Source: an uncultured SAR86 cluster bacterium (lineage in GTDB: Bacteria; Pseudomonadota; Gammaproteobacteria; Magnimaribacterales; D2472). Taken from it: DNA of 64,000 nucleotides. Every line of letters starts with the position of its first letter. Position 1 is the stretch's first letter. Below, piece after piece: positions 31,421-39,712 of this stretch. The stretch covers positions 17,727 through 81,726 of the forward strand of contig CACDUZ010000004.1 of NCBI GenBank assembly GCA_902556105.1. The letters run 5' to 3'. Below the pieces are notes generated by a model. It was not told the DNA's origin and ran no database searches. It worked only from the letters and a program-made list of their open reading frames with translations. A program made the position numbers and the translations under genes.

Positions 31421-33327
31421 AAATAGCATACAAGCATTTAGTAAAAAACATTATTGCAAATCCTTCAATAGACGAGATTTCTGATCGCTTATTTCAACTA
31501 GGACATGAGCATGAGATTGAAAATGATATCTTTAATATGGAATTTACCCCAAATAGAGGTGACTGCCTATCATTAAATGGTCTTTTAAGAGATTTATCAG
31601 TTTTTTATGACGTTAACGCAAGCCAAGAAATTTATAATGAAAAATTAAATATTTTAGATATTGATTTTGAAAATTTTTCACAAGATATTTGTCCTCAAAT
31701 TTCATTTCTTAAATTAGAAATAGAGAGCATTCCTGTTAAATATAAAGACTATTTAAATGATTATTTTATAGATTTAAATCTGAATAAGAATAATTTTTTT
31801 ACTGATATTTCTAATTATATTTCTTATGAAAATGGACAACCAACTCACTGTTACGATGCTGATAAGATCAATGGTAAATTAGTATTCCAAGAACTAGATA
31901 TTGATCAAGAATTTGAAACGTTACTTGGAAAAAAAATTAATCTAACAAATAAAAATCCAGTGTTCCTTTTAAAGGATAAAGTAATAAATCTAGCTGGAGT
32001 TATTGGAGGAATAGAAACATCGTGTACTTCAGATACAAAGACAGCTCTTGTTGAATGCGCTTTTTTCAAACCAGAATCAATAATTGGTAAATCTGTTAAA
32101 TATGATATTCAATCTGAGGCATCTTATAAGTTTGAGAGATTTGTTGACCCAGAATGTCAAGATAGAACAATTAGAAGATTTATTAAAATAGTTGATGAAC
32201 ATACAAACATAAAAGACATGTCTGTTATTTCATATAAGTTTAAACAAAATAAAGTTACAAAAATTCCTATTAAGACTAATGAAATCAATCAAATTATTGG
32301 CATTAATATAAGCCAAGATTCATATTTGAATTATTTATCTAAATTAGGCTTTATTATAAATGATGAATATATAGAAGCTCCTTCATATAGAAGTGATATC
32401 GAAACACAAAATGACCTAGCTGAGGAGATTGCAAGAGTCATTGGTTATGACAATATCACAAGGAATGAAATAACTATTCCCAAAGGAAAAAAATCCAACA
32501 TCCATGATTTAGAAAATAATCTAAGATATTTTTTATTAGATGAAGGTTTTTATGAGATTATTAATTTTCCTTTTGTTGGAAGTGATTCAAGTAATTCTAT
32601 TTCGGTAGATAACCCACTAGATTCTAATAAAAAATATCTTAGATCTAATTTAACTGAATCCTTATTAGAAAATCTTCTTTACAATGAAAGAAGACAGAAA
32701 GATTCAATTAAATTATTTGAAATATCAGATATTTACACCGTCAAAAACAATAAGATAAATGTAAAAAGAAAACTTGGAATCATTGCAAGCGGAAGAGCAG
32801 GGCATAACTATAAAGATTTTTCAAAAAAAATTAGTAAGAAGTATCTCACCTCAGTTTTTAAAGAGACCTTACCTAATGAAAATTTTGAATTTAAAGTATT
32901 AAATAGAGAGTTATTAAATACAAAAGTGAAGAATGAGATTATTTGTTGTGAAGTAGATATAGCGAATTTCTCATCTGATGTTTTATCCTATAAAAAGATA
33001 TCTAAACCCCCTGAAAGTTTTACAGAATATTCCCCTATATCTGACTTACCTTACTCTATTAGAGACTTATCTTTTTCAATAAAAGATTTCACAGAACTAG
33101 ATAAATTTATAGAGTACATTTTAGAATTCAAACACAAGCTATTAAAAGAAATATATATATTTGATTATTTTAATAATGAAAAGAATGCCGAAATTAAAAT
33201 CGGCTTTAGATTTATTTTCCAATCAGCAGACTCTACAATAACAGAAGCGCAGGTAAACGATATAATAAGTGTTATAATAGATCATACTGAGGAGATAGAA
33301 GGTATTACTATACCTGGTTTAATATAG
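31417..33327 (+). CDS. pheT: Phenylalanine-tRNA ligase beta subunit, shortened (OB-fold B2 domain absent)
   Basis: 636 aa. N-terminal B1 residues run straight into FTPNRGDCLSLNGLLRDLS, skipping the tRNA_bind OB domain. The B3/4, B5 and C-terminal FDX-ACB-like parts are present. ATGA overlap with pheS. Confidence 0.9.
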   Translation: MKIAYKHLVKNIIANPSIDEISDRLFQLGHEHEIENDIFNMEFTPNRGDCLSLNGLLRDLSVFYDVNASQEIYNEKLNILDIDFENFSQDICPQISFLKLEIESIPVKYKDYLNDYFIDLNLNKNNFFTDISNYISYENGQPTHCYDADKINGKLVFQELDIDQEFETLLGKKINLTNKNPVFLLKDKVINLAGVIGGIETSCTSDTKTALVECAFFKPESIIGKSVKYDIQSEASYKFERFVDPECQDRTIRRFIKIVDEHTNIKDMSVISYKFKQNKVTKIPIKTNEINQIIGINISQDSYLNYLSKLGFIINDEYIEAPSYRSDIETQNDLAEEIARVIGYDNITRNEITIPKGKKSNIHDLENNLRYFLLDEGFYEIINFPFVGSDSSNSISVDNPLDSNKKYLRSNLTESLLENLLYNERRQKDSIKLFEISDIYTVKNNKINVKRKLGIIASGRAGHNYKDFSKKISKKYLTSVFKETLPNENFEFKVLNRELLNTKVKNEIICCEVDIANFSSDVLSYKKISKPPESFTEYSPISDLPYSIRDLSFSIKDFTELDKFIEYILEFKHKLLKEIYIFDYFNNEKNAEIKIGFRFIFQSADSTITEAQVNDIISVIIDHTEEIEGITIPGLI

Positions 33328-33374
33328 GTCTTGCTTGCAAGCGGGTCAAACATTTGGGTGAAAAATAAAAGATT

Positions 33375-35192
33375 ATGAAAATTATTAAGTTAGTATTATT
33401 AATGTTAGTCACAGTATCTATTAATGCACAAGAATTAGATGAAGAGTTTCTTGCAAGTCTACCAGATGATGTCAGGAAGGACATTCAAGAAAGGAATCAG
33501 CAAAAAGCTGATGGCACCGCTGAAACATATAGACCCTATGTCTACTCTTCAAAATTAAAAAAAGTTGAATCTTTTCTGAAATTAAAAGATAGGTTGGAAG
33601 CAGACCTATTAGAGCTTGAGAGAAGAATATCTTCTGACGAAAAAATTGCTCGTAGTGAAGATTTAAAGGTTTATGGCTCAGATTTTTTTAATACCTTTCA
33701 AACATCATTTATGCCAATTAATGAACCTAATCCTGATTCTGGGTATATGCTAGATGTTGGAGATGTTGTGCAAGTTCAATTAGTTGGCCCAAATGCATCA
33801 TTAGAAGAGCTTTTAATAAACCCCGATGGTTCAGTTAGTCTGCCAGATATAGGAAAGATATCTATAGCAGGCTTGTCATTAAATGATGCTTCACAGTTAA
33901 TAAAATCTAAGGTTAATGCTGCATTAATAGGAAATGAAGCGTTCATTAATCTTACTGAAATAAGAGATGTAAATATTTTAGTAACTGGTAACGCAGAAAA
34001 TCCTGGTATTTATACCTTAACTGGAAATTCAAATATATTACATGCATTGTCAGCTGCAGGAGGTATAAGTGAGTTTGGGTCTCTAAGGGAAATAAATCTT
34101 GTTAGAGATAATATTACTATTGAAACATTAGATATTTATGATTTGCTAATTGAAGGACAATATAATCTCAAAAAACGACTCAGATCTGGGGATGTTGTTT
34201 TTGTCAAGCCAAGAAAAAATATTGTTACCATCGACGGTGCAATAAACAGACCTTCAAAGTATGAAGCTGCAGATGATCAAAAACTTATAAGTATTATTAA
34301 TTATGCTAATGGTATTAACCGAAATGCTGACCTTAAAAATATTTCTCTTGAAAGACTTGTTGATGGATCATTAAAAACTATACCAGTCCCAAATGATAGT
34401 TATCTTGAAGCAATTAATGTTGAAGATGGTGATTCAATTTACGTTAGAGAATATCCATACAGGCAAGCTAAAATTTCGGGTGCTGTTCTCAAACCAGGAT
34501 CATATACAATGTCTGCAGGTGAAACAATTAGTGATTTAATTAAAAGAGCAGGTGGCTTTACAGAGAATGCTTATCAGTTTGGTGCAATTTATTTAAATGA
34601 GGATGCAAAAAAAGTAAATGAGTTATCAAAAGAAATTCTATATCGAGAATTTCTAGATAATATTATTGCTGCAAGCCAACAAAATATAGGTGGAAATTTT
34701 GATTTGACTCCCATAGTAAAATTGACTGAAAAACTAAACAATACCGATTCAAATGGAAGAGTTGTTATAAATCTACTAAATGAACCTACTATTGATCTTT
34801 ATAGCGTCAAAGAGGGCGATGAGTTATTTGTTCCTGAAAGAAATAATGTTGTTTATGTATACGGAGAAACTTCTACTGAGGGAGCGGTTATGTTCACTGA
34901 AAATCAAGGTGTAGAGTATTTTGTTGATAAATCGGGAGGCTTTAAAAAGTTTGCTGATAATGAATCAATCTATATTCTTCATCCAAACGGAGAGTCACAA
35001 CTATATAGATCAAAAAGAAATATTTTTGAGAGTCGTCCTAAGAGTGAAATAAAAATTTATCCTGGCTCAATAATTTTTGTACCAAGAGCATTAGATGAAT
35101 CTGCCCCAAGAAGATTAGCAACTCAGGCTTATGTCTCAATCCTTGGTAATCTAGGAATTGCTTTGGCATCTTTATCAGCTATAAACGATTAA
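33375..35192 (+). CDS. Outer-membrane polysaccharide export protein (Wza/OPX family, multi-SLBB, long form)
   Basis: 605 aa. It has a type I signal peptide, a Poly_export block (GYMLDVGDVVQVQLVG..NPDGSVSLPDIGKISIAGLSLNDA), several SLBB-like repeats (GDVVFVKPR, GDSIYVRE, GDELFVPER) and a hydrophobic C-terminal helix. Confidence 0.8.
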   Translation: MKIIKLVLLMLVTVSINAQELDEEFLASLPDDVRKDIQERNQQKADGTAETYRPYVYSSKLKKVESFLKLKDRLEADLLELERRISSDEKIARSEDLKVYGSDFFNTFQTSFMPINEPNPDSGYMLDVGDVVQVQLVGPNASLEELLINPDGSVSLPDIGKISIAGLSLNDASQLIKSKVNAALIGNEAFINLTEIRDVNILVTGNAENPGIYTLTGNSNILHALSAAGGISEFGSLREINLVRDNITIETLDIYDLLIEGQYNLKKRLRSGDVVFVKPRKNIVTIDGAINRPSKYEAADDQKLISIINYANGINRNADLKNISLERLVDGSLKTIPVPNDSYLEAINVEDGDSIYVREYPYRQAKISGAVLKPGSYTMSAGETISDLIKRAGGFTENAYQFGAIYLNEDAKKVNELSKEILYREFLDNIIAASQQNIGGNFDLTPIVKLTEKLNNTDSNGRVVINLLNEPTIDLYSVKEGDELFVPERNNVVYVYGETSTEGAVMFTENQGVEYFVDKSGGFKKFADNESIYILHPNGESQLYRSKRNIFESRPKSEIKIYPGSIIFVPRALDESAPRRLATQAYVSILGNLGIALASLSAIND

Positions 35193-35222
35193 TTAGATAA
35201 AGAAACGATTAATTAGATAAAG
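35183..35222. repeat. Perfect 20-bp tandem duplication (AAACGATTAATTAGATAAAG x2)
   Basis: Read directly from the sequence: 35183-35202 is identical to 35203-35222. Copy 1 contains the last codons and the stop of the export gene. Confidence 0.95.
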
Positions 35223-35226
35223 ATGA

Positions 35227-37200
35227 ATGAAAAAAAGCGTTAAAAGTTATGTACATAATTTTCTAGTATTAGCCACATTAATTTTTACTTATCAAGTTTA
35301 TGGTGACAGTTTCGAACATAATTTGTATAACAATTATGGAGTCGTAGGGTTAATAAGTACTCCAACTGCAAGAACCTATAATGAAGGTGTGCATGGGGTA
35401 ACAGTATATAATGGAACGCCTAATCAAACTGTTACTCTCTCCGCTAATCCTTTTGATTGGTTTGAGGCATCTTTCTTTTATACAAATGTTCAAGATAGAC
35501 CATACTGCTATGAGACTTATGACTTAGTCTGCCAACAAGATTTTAAAGATAAAGGTTTCAATGTAAAATTAAGGCTGAAAGAACAGGGTAAATTACCTGC
35601 CATTGCAATTGGGTTGAATGACTTTGCAGGTACTGGTATATATAGCTCAGAATATATAGTTGGTAGTTACGGAATAAATAGAACTGATTTCCATTTTGGA
35701 TTAGGTTTTGGACTATTGAATGGCTCTGACCTAAGTTTCAAGAACCCGCTAAGTTATATTTCTGACAAATTTAACGATAGACCAACTAATACAGAAGGCT
35801 TAGGAGGAAGTTTTCAACCGTCAAGATATTTTTCTGGAGAGACCGCTTCACCTTTTTTTGGTGTATCCCATGCTTTAAGCAATAAGTTGCTGCTCAAGGC
35901 AGAGTACGATTCCACGGTTAGGCCAGGTTTAGTTCCTTATAGAACTCCTGAGAATGATTTTTCGTTTGGTGTAGATTATTTGATTACTGATAACTTTAGT
36001 ATTGGCGTCTCTTATGAGAGAGGAGATTATGCTTCTTTTAAATTTGTTTATAAAAATGATCCCGTTAAGACATTTGAGAAAGCTCAATATGCAAGAGGAG
36101 ATCGTCGAAGAGGTGATAATAAGTACACTCAGTTAATAAACAATCTTGAAGAGAATGGTATTGGTGTAAAAAAACTTACTAGAAACGCAAATTCAATAGG
36201 CCTTCAACTCACCCAAGTTATCCATCCTAGTCTAAGTGTCGTAGAAGATATTATTAGTCAGTCAGCAAGAGATGCTGGAATAACTGAAGATATTGTAAAA
36301 GACATTGAAATTGCAAATTTATTAGCTGTTTCAGAGATTGACGATTCTTATAGAGCAACTTCTCAAACAATATACGAAAGAAGTACTGCAAAAAGGTTTA
36401 GTACAAACACTCGAGCAAACTTTAGACCATTTCTTGCATCGAGGGAAGAATTTTTTAAAGGTGCTTTTTTGGTTGAAAATGATACTGAATTCATATTAAG
36501 AGAAAATCTATTTTTTAATACCAACCTAAAATATAGCCTAGCCGACAATTTAGATGATTTATTTTTACCACCAGTTGATGTTTTCCCTGCTCAAGTAAGA
36601 TCAGATGTTAAACAGTATTTAAAAAATATTAAAGATGGAGGTCTTTTGATAGGAAGGGCCCAACTGGATTACCATTTAACCCCATACAAGAATCATCATA
36701 TTATGATGTCTGCTGGAATCTTTGAAGATATGTTTTCTGGAGTAGGAGGGGAATATTTATATTTCACACCAAATACCAATTATTCATTTGGAGTAGATGT
36801 TTTTAAAGTTTTTAAGAGAGATTATGAATGGAGGTTTGGTCTCTTAGATTATAAAAATACGATGGCAACAGTAAATTTTAATTATAGAAATTATGGAACA
36901 ATACCCTTTGATATGAAGATTTCTGCAGGAGAATATCTTGCTGGTGACGTTGGGTACACCATTGAATTTTCTAGATCTTTTTATAATGGCGTGTATTTTG
37001 GAGCTTTTGCTACCTTCACTGACGTTACTACAGCGCAATTTGGTGAAGGAAGCTTTGACAAGGGCATCTTTTTTAACATACCTATATACGGTAACTTAAT
37101 AAATTATACTTGGAGACCTTTGACAAAAGATCCAGGAGCAAAGCTCAATAGAAGACATACTTTGCATGGTTTATTGGTCAAACTTCAGCCAATTAACTAA
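35227..37200 (+). CDS. YjbH/GfcD-family outer-membrane exopolysaccharide protein
   Basis: 657 aa. YGVVGLISTPTAR, FKDKGFNVKLRLKE, GLNDFAGTGIYSSEYIV, and the C-terminal YLAGDVGYTIEFSRSF..FGEGSFDKGIFFNIP..WRPLTKDPGAKL parallel E. coli YjbH as I recall it. Confidence 0.85.
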   Translation: MKKSVKSYVHNFLVLATLIFTYQVYGDSFEHNLYNNYGVVGLISTPTARTYNEGVHGVTVYNGTPNQTVTLSANPFDWFEASFFYTNVQDRPYCYETYDLVCQQDFKDKGFNVKLRLKEQGKLPAIAIGLNDFAGTGIYSSEYIVGSYGINRTDFHFGLGFGLLNGSDLSFKNPLSYISDKFNDRPTNTEGLGGSFQPSRYFSGETASPFFGVSHALSNKLLLKAEYDSTVRPGLVPYRTPENDFSFGVDYLITDNFSIGVSYERGDYASFKFVYKNDPVKTFEKAQYARGDRRRGDNKYTQLINNLEENGIGVKKLTRNANSIGLQLTQVIHPSLSVVEDIISQSARDAGITEDIVKDIEIANLLAVSEIDDSYRATSQTIYERSTAKRFSTNTRANFRPFLASREEFFKGAFLVENDTEFILRENLFFNTNLKYSLADNLDDLFLPPVDVFPAQVRSDVKQYLKNIKDGGLLIGRAQLDYHLTPYKNHHIMMSAGIFEDMFSGVGGEYLYFTPNTNYSFGVDVFKVFKRDYEWRFGLLDYKNTMATVNFNYRNYGTIPFDMKISAGEYLAGDVGYTIEFSRSFYNGVYFGAFATFTDVTTAQFGEGSFDKGIFFNIPIYGNLINYTWRPLTKDPGAKLNRRHTLHGLLVKLQPIN

Positions 37201-37379
37201 ATTATTTGATTAAAAATCTGTACATAGAAAGAATTAACATATTTAAATGTTTAAATTTAGGACATAATTTTGTGTCTTTTTTAAAAATACTTTGTTAACA
37301 TGTCTTTCCTGAGTTGTATTACTGTTTAAATTATGTGAATATAGCTCTAATGAAATAGCAAAATTTAGAGGAAATAGCT

Positions 37380-39281
37380 ATGAAGAAATTTTATTTAGTT
37401 TGTTTAACCATATTATCTTTTGGACTTAATGCAGAGGTTAGTCCTGAAAGAATGTCACAAATAGACTCAAGCGTCGATGCTATGTCTATGAATGAGCTCA
37501 GAGACAGAAGGTCATACCTTATTAAAGAGCAGTCTATGTTACTAGAGACTCAATCAAGTACACAAAACCCTTCAACTGTTAAAAGCTCTTCTAGTAGGTT
37601 GGCTGAAATACGTGCAGAGTTAAGTGCTATACAGAAAGCATTAATAGGGATTGTTGGTATAGCTGCTATTAGCTCTCTTAGTGATGATGGATATAACGAT
37701 AACGTACCACCAGTAATAACAGTTAATGGCTCTAATCCTGCAACAGTAGAATTAGGCGCAACATATTCAGATGCTGGCGCAACTGCTTTTGATGAATATC
37801 ATGGAAGTACTTCAGTATCATCATCAAGTAATGTTGATACTTCAGCTGTGGGTTCATATACAGTAACCTATACTGCAACCGATTTAGATGGCAATTCTGC
37901 AACTGCTTCAAGAACTGTTAATGTTGTTGATACAACAGCACCGGTAGTGACTTTAACAGGTGATAATCCTGTAACAGTAGAATTAGGCGCTACTTATACT
38001 GATGCTGGCGCAACTGCAACCGATGCATCTGGTACAGTTGAAGTAGTTACTACTGGAACTGTCGATACAGATACAGTAGGCGAATATACATTAACATACA
38101 CATCCACAGATGCTTCAGGAAATGTCTCAGAATCAGTCACAAGAACTGTTAATGTTACTGATACAGTAAGTCCAGTATTTACATCCTCATCAACATTTAC
38201 AGTTGACGAAAATATAACAGATATTGGAAATGTTACTGTAACTGAACTTGATACTGTAACCTTTACTATTGGGGCGACAACTAGCCCTGCATTGCAAGCA
38301 GGAACTAAATCAGTGCTACAAATAACAAGTAGTGGTGCATTATCCTTTAGCACAGCTCCTGATTATGATTTACAAGTAACTGATGTTCAGTTATATACAG
38401 ATGGAGAAACTGAGGCGTCTGGCTTTGGACCTGATGCTTTCGGTACTGTAACTAAACGAACAAGAACATTATCAGGCTATAACTCTGGTGCAACTATGGA
38501 CTTTACTGCAACAGTTACAGCTACTGATGCTTCTGGTAACGCTGCAACTCAAGACATTACCGTTCAGGTAAGAGATGTTGGTGGTGTTGATGACGACGCA
38601 TCTACAGGTACAGGTACAGGTACAGGTACAGGTACAGGAACAAGTACAGGGACAAGCTCTCTTCAAACTCCTGAAAACTTTTTAATTACTGCTCCTGTAT
38701 TTACATCTTCAGACACATTTGTAGTTGACGAGAATGTAGAATACATTGGAGTTGTTACTGCAACTGTTGATGCTGGTGCTGGTGTTACAGAGATCACCTA
38801 TAAAGTAGGTCCAACAACTGGTCCTGCAACTTTAGAAGGTGAACCAGGTAGAGTTACTTCAATTATTCAAATAACTGCTGGTGGCACATTAGCCTTTAAC
38901 ATGGCTCCAGACTATGATTTACAATTACCTGATGCTTATGAAGTTCAAAGAACAGGTACGAATGATTTTGTTAATCAATCAACCTTAAACTGTAATACTT
39001 ATTTAGATAATTTCACTTGTGAAAGAACTAAATTTGAAACATTGGGTGGCTATGAAAATGGCGCAACAATGGACTTCACTACAACAGTTACAGCTACGAC
39101 CACTCAAGGTGTCGCTTCCACACAAGACATTACCGTTCAGGTAAGAGATGTTGGTGGTGTTGATGATGATGCATCTACAGGTACAGGTACAGGAACAGGT
39201 ACAGGTACAGGAACTGGTACTGCTACTAACACAGCAGGTGGCGATACAGGACCATTTGGTGGTACTGTAATTAATGACTAA
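37380..39281 (+). CDS. Secreted or surface repeat protein: 2 Ig-like (DUF5011-type) domains plus 2 cadherin-like modules, each ending in a (Thr-Gly)n tract
   Basis: It has a signal peptide (..FGLNA-EV), a coiled region and a hydrophobic stretch ALIGIVGIAAISSL. Two NPxTVELGATYxDAGATA..YTxTYTxTDxxGN repeats follow. Two modules then end in ATMDFTxTVTAT..TQDITVQVRDVGGVDDDASTGTGTGTGTG. Confidence 0.75.
   Translation: MKKFYLVCLTILSFGLNAEVSPERMSQIDSSVDAMSMNELRDRRSYLIKEQSMLLETQSSTQNPSTVKSSSSRLAEIRAELSAIQKALIGIVGIAAISSLSDDGYNDNVPPVITVNGSNPATVELGATYSDAGATAFDEYHGSTSVSSSSNVDTSAVGSYTVTYTATDLDGNSATASRTVNVVDTTAPVVTLTGDNPVTVELGATYTDAGATATDASGTVEVVTTGTVDTDTVGEYTLTYTSTDASGNVSESVTRTVNVTDTVSPVFTSSSTFTVDENITDIGNVTVTELDTVTFTIGATTSPALQAGTKSVLQITSSGALSFSTAPDYDLQVTDVQLYTDGETEASGFGPDAFGTVTKRTRTLSGYNSGATMDFTATVTATDASGNAATQDITVQVRDVGGVDDDASTGTGTGTGTGTGTSTGTSSLQTPENFLITAPVFTSSDTFVVDENVEYIGVVTATVDAGAGVTEITYKVGPTTGPATLEGEPGRVTSIIQITAGGTLAFNMAPDYDLQLPDAYEVQRTGTNDFVNQSTLNCNTYLDNFTCERTKFETLGGYENGATMDFTTTVTATTTQGVASTQDITVQVRDVGGVDDDASTGTGTGTGTGTGTGTATNTAGGDTGPFGGTVIND
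38550..38657 (+). repeat. Copy 1 of the intragenic repeat plus an (ACAGGT)n hexanucleotide tract
   Basis: 38550-38620 matches 39123-39193 at 69 of 71 positions by my count. (ACAGGT)5 at 38604-38633 is followed by degenerate units up to 38657. Confidence 0.9.
39123..39221 (+). repeat. Copy 2 of the intragenic repeat plus an (ACAGGT/ACAGGA)n tract
   Basis: Partner of 38550-38620. Thr-Gly codon units run from 39177 to 39221. Confidence 0.9.
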
Positions 39282-39305
39282 GTCATACTGTTAGACTGCT
39301 CTAAT

Positions 39306-39578
39306 ATGGGCTTTGGAAAAAAAGATATTATAAAAAATATCTCTTCCAAAGCCCTTTTTACATCTAATACGAGTAACTTATTTTTGAATGCCTTTCTAGA
39401 CTTAATCAAAGAAAACAAAAGAAAGAAAATCAAGATATCTAAATTCGGAACTTATTATTTACATAAAAGTCCAGCTAGAATAGGCAGAAATCCAAAAACA
39501 AAAGAAGAATTTAAAATTCCAGCTTCAGAGAAGCTTGCATTTAAAGCCTCAAATAAAGTTAAATCTATATTAAATTAA
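39306..39578 (+). CDS. ihfA: IHF/HU-family DNA-binding protein (IHF alpha by synteny)
   Basis: 90 aa. The KISKFGTYYLHKSPARIGRNPKTKEEFKIPASEKLAFKAS arm motif (GRNPKT) is present, and ihfA follows pheT in many Gammaproteobacteria. Confidence 0.7.
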   Translation: MGFGKKDIIKNISSKALFTSNTSNLFLNAFLDLIKENKRKKIKISKFGTYYLHKSPARIGRNPKTKEEFKIPASEKLAFKASNKVKSILN

Positions 39579-39582
39579 TAAA

Positions 39583-39659
39583 TGGTCGGGATGGCCGGAT
39601 TTGAACCGACGACCACTACACCCCCAGTGTAGTGCGCTACCAGACTGCGCTACATCCCG
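39583..39659 (-). tRNA. tRNA-Pro (anticodon GGG), CCA encoded
   Basis: The reverse complement is CGGGATGTAGCGCAGTCTGGTAGCGCACTACACTGGGGGTGTAGTGGTCGTCGGTTCAAATCCGGCCATCCCGACCA. It folds into a full cloverleaf: 7-bp acceptor stem, GCGC D stem, CTACA/TGTAG anticodon stem with loop CTGGGGG, and GTCGG/CCGGC T stem. Confidence 0.95.
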
Positions 39660-39712
39660 AATTTATATATAATATATAACTATATTTTAATACATCTATT
39701 TTCTAGTTAAAT

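Noticed and set aside
33333-33342. Palindrome GCTTGCAAGC after pheT as a rho-independent terminator
   Set aside because: The palindrome has no loop and only a 4-5 bp stem, and no T-run follows. I found no convincing intrinsic terminator anywhere in the window.
37201-37379. Small inverted repeat AACAT-n6-ATGTT and AT-rich hexamers upstream of the repeat-protein gene as a defined operator or promoter
   Set aside because: A 5-bp stem and -10-like hexamers occur everywhere at this base composition. I cannot separate a signal from the background without comparative data.
38472-38666. Minus-strand ORF encoding a Cys-Thr repeat (CTCSCTCTCTCTC)
   Set aside because: It is the antisense reading of the (ACAGGT)n tract inside a well-supported plus-strand gene. 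It has no independent support. The same holds for the ORF at 37994-38353 (-).
38604-39221. The regularly repeated ACAGGT units as a CRISPR-like or intergenic array
   Set aside because: The units are 6 nt, have no spacers, and lie in frame within a coding sequence as Thr-Gly codons.
39583-39659. tRNA-Pro as an integration site for a genomic island
   Set aside because: There is no integrase and no repeat of the tRNA 3' end in the window. The tRNA 3' side faces ihfA, a core gene.
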